From: Utricularia gibba
Lineage: Eukaryota; Plantae; Magnoliophyta
Reading direction: 5' to 3'
Assembly: GCA_002189035.1 (NCBI GenBank)
Contig: CM007989.1
Coordinates: 7,006,001 to 7,070,000 of the forward strand
Length of the DNA: 64,000 bases
This document shows positions 1 through 10,210 of this stretch, in pieces. Both the position numbers and the translations under genes were made by a program. Under the pieces are notes generated by a model, which saw nothing but the letters and a program-made list of their open reading frames with translations, was not told the origin of the DNA and searched no databases. The stretch's first letter is position 1, and the number at the start of each line of letters is the position of its first letter.

Positions 1-108
1 TTTTTTCATTTATTCCCTATGATATCTGTGTGAATGTATTGTGTTTGCAATGTTTTTCCTTGTAGTAACAATGACATTATAATGTTAACCCGCCCTGTTT
101 TGATTCAG

Positions 109-1209
109 GGAATGGACTTGGCTATTTCAAAGCTAAATCGTGGTGGGTGGGTTCACATATTTCCTGAAGGAAGCCGTTCTCGTGATGGTGGAAAAACAAT
201 GGGATCTGCAAAAAGAGGGGTCGGAAGGTATTGACCTCCTCATTCCTAACACCATCTGAACAATGTTTCCAGATTCTCATGTGACTGAAAAGATTTCATG
301 TACATTGACCCTGGGGGAAAAAATTGTTTCTAGTTGCAATTGAATCCTGTGGCTTATGAAGTATTACTGTGTCAAATGCATCTCACTGTGTTGTTGTTGT
401 TGGTATCTTCACTTGCCATTATTTAGAGTGGGTACAGAAGCAAAAGCTCAATCCCTTCCATTTGCAGGCTACTGTTGGATGCTGACACTCTACCCTTGTT
501 GTGCCCTTTGTGCACACAGGAATGCAAGATGTCATGCCTCTCGGGCCAAGTTCCCTCGTATAGGAAAAACCGTACGTTCATGCGTTCGATCAACTTCAGC
601 ATTTTTTTTCTTCTCGTTTCGTCTCCTGATGACTGAACCTCCGTTCTCTGATCTTGATCATGTCTGCAGATCACTATACTGGTTGGCGATCCAATCAAAT
701 TCGATGACATAATAAGTGAGGAAGCAACAAGAAAGAATCTTTACGAGGCCGTTGCTGCTAGAATAGGTGATCATCTTCAAAAGCTAAAGCTCCAGGTGGA
801 AGAATTAGCAAGAGAGCAAGCCAGAATACACTCCCCCAGCACCATCGACCGAGCTTCCGCCCTCTGGCAGACCGTAGACTGGGAATGTCTTGGGATTGAA
901 AACCTCATAACTAGCCATGACAACCCTCCAATGCCTGACCCTGCGGTCGATCGCCAAACAACCCAACTCCACGGGCTCGAGAACATCCACAAGGGTCTGG
1001 GCGAAATCCCATCTGTTTCCAGATCCGCACACCCTGGTCTCTGGACAGAAGAGGTAGTGTTTGGAGCTAGAGGTTTATTCGATAGCTATGTGAAGTACAG
1101 GAACAGGAAGAAGATGTACCATCACGAGGAAGCTGTCAGCCCTCTGAAGGCGTGGAATCAGCTCTGGAAATCCATGTATGAAACAGAAGAACTTGGTCTA
1201 ACTTCATAA
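109..1209 (+). CDS. TAZ: Tafazzin-like phospholipid/glycerol acyltransferase, last three exons (109-227, 468-571, 670-1209); 5' part lies outside the window
   Basis: Spliced translation GMDLAISKLNRGGWVHIFPEGSRSRDGGK...LLLDADTLP-VVPFVHTGMQDVMPLG-KFPRIGKT|ITILVGDPI matches the tafazzin acyltransferase blocks; GT-AG introns. Two 1-nt gaps in runs (CCC 493-495, GGG 543-545) must be filled to keep frame. Confidence 0.88.
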
Positions 1210-2034
1210 ATTCTAACTCCTTTTTCCACCACTGATACGCATTTCTTGTTTTTTTTCAGAGTGAACTAATTAAAATGAGGTATAATGGTCGTTTGGTTAA
1301 TGGTTGGTTTTAACCTAGGGTTCTTTTGTTATTATTTATATGTGGATTAAAAAAAGATGAATTCATAGATTTTTAGTATGAAACTACTAAATTATATTTC
1401 ATTTTTGAATTAAAAAATTACTAATTAATTCATTTACTTTGATAGCAAAATATTCGTGCAATGATTCTATTTAATTTTTGAAGATTCTAATCTTTTGTCA
1501 ATGTGTAGTAAAATAAAAAATTCAAATTCTGTGATTAACTTCAAAAATTATTGAATTTCTTAATACTATATTTCATAAATTAAATATTTACTTTTTACTT
1601 TTTATTTACTCTAAAAATATATTTATATCATAACATTAAATTATATACTAATTTAATATTAAAATTTATAATATATATTTTATTTTATTAAAGTTTATAA
1701 TATAATTTTATGTTATCCATTTTTACAAATTTTATTTATATAATTTTAAAACGGATTCAATTCTATTCTACATAATATAAAGCACAAAACATTATGTGTG
1801 AAAACAAGAATTTGGTAAATTAGAAAGTATAAAAGTTGATACATATGCATGTTACTAAACCTACTTCTAACCCCCGGAACCGAAGGAAGGGGTGGAGTGT
1901 ACACGATACATGCAAGCCTCGTTTCACTGCGTTGTCATCCTCCATAAATACACAAGAAAATCAAAAGCTGCTCAGCAACGGCGTCTCCTGCAACTCCATC
2001 TCCCCCTCGTCCAGACGCGCCGCCGGCTCCGGCG

Positions 2035-4054
2035 ATGAACCCCTGTGCCGCCTCCTCATAGGTTACCTTTCTCACCGCCATCTGTGTTCCTGCACCAGTA
2101 TTCGTCTTTGTTTCCACAATGGGTGTGCCTTTTGGTGAACAGTGATCGCATCCATGGAGCGCCTGGCTTTCAAAGGGATCACTTCCACTATGGTGCCGTG
2201 TCTGACGCAGGTGATGAAGATGCCGGACTCCGCCGCCGCCGGGTACGTCAACACCTGGATCGGATTCACCTCCATGCTGCCCCTCCTCCTCGCCGCCGTC
2301 GCCCATGTCTGCCGGAATCGGTACCGCCTCATTCTCGCCTCTGGGGTGCTCTACGCAGGGGTACGGTAACGTACTTCAGCTTTATTTCTTTACAATTTTA
2401 TGAATTTTTTTTTATAAAAAAAAAAGACGCACGAGCACAACGTGACTGAAGAGGTTCCGACAACGGTTGTTAGCCGATTCCTGCCTGTCTCTATTTACGG
2501 TTAACCGTACAAGGTTGCGTCATGTTTGTCTGTCAATATATTTTTTTAATTAATACCAATTTTTTTTTTCAAATCGAATTATACATATATTACGAAAATA
2601 AATTCATTATTTAATCCTAAAAAATGATGAATTCAACATTGAATTTTAAAATAATGATATTTACTATTATAGTGAATTTACTTTTATTATTTTAATAATA
2701 TGTTTTTGGACCAGGGTTTTCTGGCTTTGACCATAAGGTCAATTACATGGCCGGCGACGGGACGGCCGTCTATGTCATCCCTGTCCTGGTGTCTCTACGT
2801 GATCTCGTTCGCTCAGAGTGCTTACAACCCTTCGTTGCAAGCCTATGGAGTCGACCATATCGACAATGACGAGGCGTTGCCGGCGATCGCCGGGGACGAG
2901 GACAACTCCGATAGAAAGAGGCACTTCTTCCAGCGGTGGTATTACGGTGTCTGCCTCGGCATCTTTCTTGGTGTGCTGATCGTTTCGTACGTTCAGGAGA
3001 CCTTCGGATGGGCGCTCGGGTTCGCCGTTCCGGCGGTCACTATGGCCGCTTCTGTTGTCATGTTTTTTTGTGGGAACAGAGCGTTCGGTGAGAAGAAGAG
3101 GGGGATGATGGTGGTGATGTGAAATCGTGGAAAGAAATTGATGTGAAATCGTGGAAAGAAATTGCAGGAAGGGAAGGGTGATGGGGGTTTTCAGGAATGG
3201 GGACGAGGGCCGTACACCGGAGGAAGAAGTGGAGGAGGAAGGACGTTTGCATTGTTGGAAAATGGGGACGGCGGTGCTGCGGCTTTTTCCGACGTGGCTT
3301 TCGCTTCTGATGTTCGCGGTGGTCCTCCAGCAGCCGGCCACCTTCTTCACGAAGCAAGGTATGGCCATGGAGAGAACCGTCTTTCATGGCCGCGTCAAGA
3401 TTCCGGCGGCAGCCTTGCAATGCGCTATTCCGTGACTATAATCATCGTCATGCTGATCTACGACCGGCTCTTCATTCCCCTCGTCCGGCGTCTATTCCGC
3501 ACCCACAGCGGCCTGCCTGTTAACCAGAGAATGGCCATTGGAATGGCCTTCTCCATAGCCGCCATGGCCGTCGCCGCTTTAGTGGAAAAGTGTCGGCTCA
3601 AGCTCAACAAAGGTTTGCTATTGAATACTACAAGCAAAGCCATCATTTCCCATACATGCTTAAAGACATTTTTTTCTCCAAAGGTTCCACAGAACCACAC
3701 ATGAACATCACTTGGCTGCTTCCACAGTACGTATTGCTCGGAATCTCAGACTTCTTCACGGTGGTAGAGATGCAGCACTTCTTCTGCAGTGAAGTTCCGG
3801 CGAGGATGCGGACGATCGGAATCGCAATGTCGACCAGCGTTTTCGGGGTGGGGAGCTTCTTGGGAGCTCTGATTATCAAGCTCATCGAGAAGCTAACGAG
3901 CTCCGGCGAGCGGCCGGGAGGATGGCTTTCCGATGACATGGCGGTGGCTCGGCTGGATAACTACTACTGGTTCTTGGCCGTCGCTAGTGCAATCAGCTTA
4001 GCAGCTTTTCTTGGTTTTTCGATATGCCTCCAATCCAAAAAAGGACCACTTTAA
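2035..4054 (+). CDS. NRT1/PTR family (NPF5.8/5.9-like) transporter; start codon uncertain, several apparent 1-nt frameshifts
   Basis: Motifs [89 protein letters not shown] are POT/PTR hallmarks. Introns at about 2063-2141, 2361-2714 and 3613-3682. Confidence 0.85.
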
Positions 4055-4680
4055 TTATCTTATTAATTATTATAAATCTATTTTTTTACTTTAAAAATAT
4101 ATAATTCTAAATAGAAAATTTAAATAGTCTATTTGTAATTGGATTTTTTATGGGTGATTTAATTTTTTAGATCATGTGAAAATTAAGTTTAATAAATAAT
4201 ATTGATGTTATTAATGCGAGAAGAGTGATAAAGAAATATTAAATAATATTTCGTTGACGAAAAATTGGGAATGTATTTTATTGGTTTTTCCAATTGGATG
4301 GCGGCCGGCGGCGGAGTGACGTGGTGTTGTGTGAGAGATGTGAATTCCATCGTGGCCGTTCAAATAGGATTGCCCATCGATCTCTCTCAGCGGTTAACTA
4401 CATGCCCCGAAATTTGTATTCTGGAAAAAGCTCGGAGATAAATGAAAATGGCTAAGGGGCGGAGGCATCGGCTCCCATCTTTGAATTGATTCAGAAGAAA
4501 AGAACAAGGCAACAGAAAGGGTCAGGGGTAGACCCGTTTCGTGTTTAGTTTGCAAAAGTTTGAGGCTTTATCTGGTTTTGATCTGTTGGAGATTTGAGAG
4601 TTGGGTGAAGCGATTTTGGGATTAGATCGGGTAAAAGACGGATCTTGTTGTTGGGAAGAAGTGGCGATTTTTGAATTGTT

Positions 4681-7341
4681 ATGGGTTTGGGCGAGTCAGA
4701 TCTTCTTGACGATAAAGATGGAGGATGCAAGGGGGCATCGTCGTTGTTGTCTTGCTCGATTTGCTTTGAGGTTGTGATGGACGTGGGTGAGAGATCTTGG
4801 GCTAAGCTTCAGTGCGGTCACCGATTTCACCTGGGTGAGTGGAATTTGTTTCGGTTTGTGGAAACTTGAGATCTAATTGAAATTTTCTTGGATTTGTCTC
4901 CTACGAGGCTCGAAAATTGTAAATTGATCAACTAAGGAGAGGCATTTGCGGTTGATTTGTCTTGTCTCTTGTGGTTCTCTATACTATAGGATCTGGGGTA
5001 GGTCCTAGTGGAGAAAGTTATAGAAGAAATTTGATGGTTTATGGGGGTGTTTTCTGTGCTTACATTGGGTATTGCTCTAAGTTTATGACATCTTGATTCA
5101 AAAAACAAATAAAGAGTCGAACTTCTGTTCTGTGAGATTAAGGATGCAATTTTGTGTTTCGCCAATCGGTCAATCTTCGTCAGTTTCTCTCCTGATTGAT
5201 TAAAGACACAATCTTTCCTCTTGAATATATTTTCATTGTTTCAGCTCTTTCTTACACCTAATAAGATGCTGCATTTCTTCCTTGATGAATTGTAATGTCT
5301 TATTTTGCTTTTGCTTTGCAGACTGCATAGGCTCTGCGTTTAATGCAAAGGGTGCTATGCAATGCCCCAACTGCAGGAACATTGAGAAAGGGCAATGGCT
5401 ATACTCAAATGGGTTTCGACCCACACCAGACTTCAGCATGGAGGATGGGCCCCATGATGATGATGTCAATGAAATTAGCTATGCCGAGCTGGTGATTATC
5501 TGTTTTGTTCTTTCATTTTGTATTTCGGTGCTCTACAATTTAGTACTTTATTTTCTCAATGAGCTGTGTTTTCTTGTGGTAGTCTACACTTCTTGTTAAA
5601 TGGAAATATTTATCAGTTGCAAAGATTTGGGTGGTGGGGGTTATTCGGGTTATGTGAAATTTAAAAGCATAAGGAACTAGAAGAGAAGCAGTGACCATTT
5701 GAAAGTGCTAGTGTGGATTAATGTACTAACACAAAGGCTTGTCTGGTTCCAGTTTTGGCATGGTGCATTATTTTATTGCCTTATTTAACTAAAAATTTGT
5801 TGCAGCCTTTTAGGGTTCATTGGTGTCCATTCAGTGGATTGACGAGCCTCCCTTCATCTCTAGAGTAAGCATCATATTACTTTATGACAATGTGGAAACC
5901 AGCTCTTTTATTAAACTGCAAGTTTCTTGTTTAATGAATTAATTATTTTTTTTCTGTGATCTCAAATGTGGTACTTCACTTGTTACCAGCTTTTCTCGAC
6001 CATTACCTATGGGATTGTTCTTATATTTTTTTCCCTCTTGTTTTGTGTAGTTTTCTCAGTCTTCTGGTTGTCGTGAACAATTCTTTCACTAAGAATCTAA
6101 TTTTTTTTTTCCATCTGCAGAGAAGGGGAATTCTCCTCAATTGCATGTAAGATTGCATCTTGTGCTCAAATTCTGATTACGCATTTAATACTCATAGCAT
6201 ATGGTATTGTTTTCATGATTTCCCAGGTTATTATTCTAAACTTTTCAGAATATATTTCAGCGCATCCCTGCCCATATATTGCTTATTTTGGACCAATCCA
6301 CCCGCCTTCAGCTTCAAGTGGAAGTATTTCAGATGGGTCTAGTTTCAATAACCACTGGAGTGGTCCATCAGTTCCAAGCGAGGCACCTGGTTCATTTGCT
6401 TTCCATTCAATGGATGCTTATTGCCCATGGGATCAGTCTTCGCCTTTTCCCACAAATGCCCGTGTTGGCGGTGCAGACCAGGCCTCCATGCCATCCATGG
6501 CTCAGAGAACAGCCAGGAACAGCTCTGATATTTCAAGGCTGGGGGTTCACCCCTTTGTTATGGGCCACAGGTCAGTTTACTGAAATTTTAGCCTTGTCTT
6601 ATGCAGCTTTCATATCCATGTGTGCATCTGCTTTAGTTGTATAGCTGATATTTACATTCGAAAAGCATCCAGTTTTCAAAATTTAAACACACCCCAAGGA
6701 ACAAACAGAAAGCAAAATTTGTCGAATAGATGCAAGTTTGATCTAGATTCTGTTGTCACCAGAAATGAAAATAAGTAATTTACTACTCAGTCTGCAGAGT
6801 TTGGTTGTTTAATGGAAGTTGTGACATGTGTAATTTGTTTCATGGATTGTCTGGTATCAGAGCTCCAAGCCCAGTTTCTTCCTCGGTTGTTCCACATTTC
6901 TCCGGCAATGTTACGTGGCCTCGTGAGCGTGCTCCTGGACAACCACATTTTCAGCAGCCAAGTAACACCCCAGCAGCATCCACTCCTGTTATACCTACCG
7001 GAAGAAGATCGAGGGTGGGCTTGGCTCCTGTGGCAGCAGCAGCATCGTCATCTGGCCAGCAAGCCAGTGGCTTTTACTTCTTGACATCATCAAGTTCATC
7101 TGGAAGGGCCTTCCAAGAAGCCGAGAATCACCACCACAACCGTTTCCATGGTTGGGGACGAGAGTACCATCAGTCGTCCCCATTAAACCTGGTAGATGGG
7201 GACTCGATATGGGCGCCTTTCCACCCACCAGGACCAGGTGGTGCCTCTGCAGCAGGGCGGCAGCGGCAGGTATCAGACAGGGTGCCTCAAGCACTGCCTC
7301 AACATCTTCATCACCATTCTCATCACCATCATCATCAGTGA
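4681..7341 (+). CDS. RFI2: RING-H2 E3 ubiquitin ligase, RFI2-like (exons about 4681-4834, 5322-5490, 5806-5864, 6121-6146, 6261-6570, 6861-7341)
   Basis: CSICFEVV...AKLQCGHRFHL|DCIGSAFNAKGAMQCPNCRNIEKGQWLYSNG and the downstream HWCPF and SHPCPYIAYFGPIHP blocks are typical of this RING subfamily; splice phases are consistent. Confidence 0.85.
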
Positions 7342-8233
7342 TGGATGATGATGCCTGGGGTGGGTGGTTGGCTTTATGTGATGTGAAGCAAGCTTAAGGG
7401 TGAGAGTGGGGGAGCTGGTGGGAAATGCAGAACTCTTTCAGGGTATGTATTTGTGTATGATGCTTGAGTTGAGCGTGCTACAATGGCAATGCAAATGCAG
7501 ATTTGTAAGAACTTTACTGGTTTTGTGGGGTGCCAGAAAACTTCTTCATAATTCACCTGTGACTTTGAGGCTGCCACCTCCACCTCCAACTGCTGTGTTT
7601 CTGAAGCCAGGATTGGCCTTTCATCTTCTAAATACATTTATTATTGTGTTTTTATTATTGCCATACTGCCTTGTATCCAATCTTGTTATTGCATTTCCCC
7701 AGTAGCTTTTCAAGTGTTCAAGTGCGCTGAATTTTCTTACTTCCAAGTCAAGTACCAAATAGGACCCTGACAACTGGAGTCAAACACAGTGTCCTCTTCT
7801 TAGGCACTCCCTCCCTTGACCCCAGGCCCAGGGAGTTGAAGACATCCTGCTCCTATTTATTTTCACTGTCCAGACCTTGACACAGATGGGAAGAACACAA
7901 ACAATCCCTCTAGATTTCTTCTTAAAGTCCATGTTAATGATCCAGGAAGTTCAACAGAACACTGTTCAGTTCATTTCGGTTTTTTTCTTTCTTTCTGCAA
8001 ATGAAAAGCATTTTATGGAAGTAGTAGCATCATGTCGACAAACCGGCAGAGTGAACAAAACCCTGATTCACATGCCTCGTAGTATATATACCGGGACGAA
8101 TATGTAGATAGATCAGGCAAACAACTCACACATACAACAACACAGCGCCACTTTAGCAACCAGCCAGCCATCTGCTACATAGACTACTTACAACCCTCTT
8201 CTTCGTTCTTCTTCTAGCGCTGCCTTGAACCTT

Positions 8234-9317
8234 TCAGACGTTGTATGGGGGAGGAGAGCTCCTGGGTCCGGCTCCCCTTTCGTAAGCAAGCGATGCTGAC
8301 CTCCGGCGGAACCGATACGCTTCCCTTCCGGCCCCATCTGATCAACAGAACATGATGAACTTGAGTCTATGGCACTAGAAAAGTAATCTACTTGACTACG
8401 ACTGGCTAAAAGTTGATTCCTTGAAAAAAGGGATATGAATAGGATCCGGATATGCGGGAAGCATCTATCCATTCATCACTTTTGTGAGGATCAAACAAAC
8501 ATTCGACAGGGGAATCGTTTAAAGTTCAATCACCATCACTCTGCTAAGCATCATTCAGGAGTCAGCATGCAAACAGAGAGCATGTAGTGGTAATATCAGT
8601 TGGGCAACCCGTAAATCATTATCTAAAGAAGACGCGTTCTTTGAATTAGGTGAACATCAAGCTCAAGAGGTTAGTCAAGTATGGATGGGAAACACGTGGG
8701 AGACGGTGACAATCAACAGCAATAAGAGACCACTTTGCCCCCCTCTGTACACATGTGAAATGTTTGAAGTGCCCCTGAACGTTGTGACCGGCGAGACTTA
8801 CCGGAGAAAGGAGATACTGGAGATACTGGAGGAGAGGATTCGGATGGGGAAGCCGGCGGCGAGTCAATATTAACTTGAGGTCGTCGTTTCACGATCATTA
8901 TGCTTCTCGTCACTCTCATTGTATCATCCGCCGCCTCTGTTTTCCGATCGTTTTCTGTGACACAAAAGAGAAAGCGAATTAACCTTCGTCCGAAACCGAG
9001 ATCCGGAGGTTGCGACTGGAAAAAAACGACGATCCACAGTCCATCTCAGAAAATAAAATAAACGGAACCAAAATCGGTTATTCCGAGTTTCATTGGCGTC
9101 GATTCACACAAGATCAACGAAATGCTCAAACTCAATCAAGCAAAAACAGGTTACGAATCTCGATTCCCTCTGTTCACTTTTTAAATAGCAAGGGCTGCAT
9201 ACCCATGCGCAAATCAGATCTGAAGTTAAACGTAGTGTTTCTCCTCAGTTTCCCGAGACCGGTCTCCGGCGGCGGGCCGGCGACGGTGTCGTCCCAGAGA
9301 TGGTGAAGCAACCCCAT
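8234..9317 (-). CDS. DRMH3: Dormancy/auxin-associated protein (DRM1/ARP family, DRMH3-like), 123 aa; exons 9317-9203, 8954-8802, 8337-8234
   Basis: MGLLHHLWDDTVAGPPPETGLGKLRR...VTRSIMIVK...SPPASP...VSPFS|DGAGREAYRFRRRSAS...GPRSSPPPYNV*; all three exons join in phase at GT-AG sites. Exon 1 is too short to appear in the ORF track. Confidence 0.9.
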
Positions 9318-9447
9318 AGACTAGTAAGAGATCGCAAGCCAGAAAGAGTGGAAGTTCATGGGAAGCACGGCGATGTATTTATCGACGAAACGGCGTGCGA
9401 CTTTTCAGGACGAAGACAAAATCGCAGCCGTAGGATCACATCACCAG

Positions 9448-9472
9448 TGACGTGGATATGCGTATAGATAAG
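9448..9472. promoter_or_regulatory. Clustered TGACGTGG (bZIP ACGT-box), TATCCA on the minus strand (sugar-repression element) and GATAAG (I-box) upstream of DRMH3-like
   Basis: Sequence TGACGTGGATATGCGTATAGATAAG about 130-155 bp upstream of the ATG. These elements are known from sugar-starvation/dormancy genes; function here is inferred. Confidence 0.4.
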
Positions 9473-10210
9473 ATGATTGCTACTTGGCCCGCGTGATCAT
9501 AAGCCTCGTGGCGAACAATCTAAAGCGCATGACTTTGTGGGCCCCGCTGTTTGCTAAAAATGAGACAGTGACGTACATGTTTAATGGTATTGATTTATCT
9601 AGAAATTAGGGACGTAATTGTGATTAAGGAGGAAACCCTAGTTTCTCATCCACTTTCATACTGCATGATAAAATCAATAATATGAAGAAAATAAAAATAA
9701 ATTAAATTATTCTGGATTCAGGGTTAGATTTGGTGTCCTAGAAAAATGCCAGCTTTCCTGGAATAGGCATTGACTTGGTTGCCCTAGCTTATTTGAAGCA
9801 CTAATGGCCTATGATTTAGATATAATTAGCATTTATTAAGTGAAAAGAACATTTACGGTTAATACACAGACCCTGACGTCCAACGTAAATGTCTGGTTGC
9901 TATAATCATGCAAGTGTGTTGTTTTTGATAAGCATTAGTTTATTAGAAAGTAGTCTACTCTCAAGTGTCCATCAGGACACGGAGGTGGACGCGGATTGTG
10001 GCCGGAGGAGAACCCGTGATGGTTTTTGTTAGTGTGGGAGAATTTTTGAGTGCCATGTGCATGGTTTTGTAAATCCATCGAAGATTGAATTTTCAGCATG
10101 TTTTGCATGTAAATGTGGTGAAAATGTGTATGTACATTTAGTTCACACTAATTACAAGAAAGTTAGAAACATCAGTTGGTTTTGATTTAAGGAACCACAT
10201 CTCATCCTGC

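Noticed and set aside
8188-8472. 94-aa ORF as an independent gene
   Set aside because: The conserved DRMH3 last exon is read in a different frame over the same bases; kept only as a possible alternative isoform.
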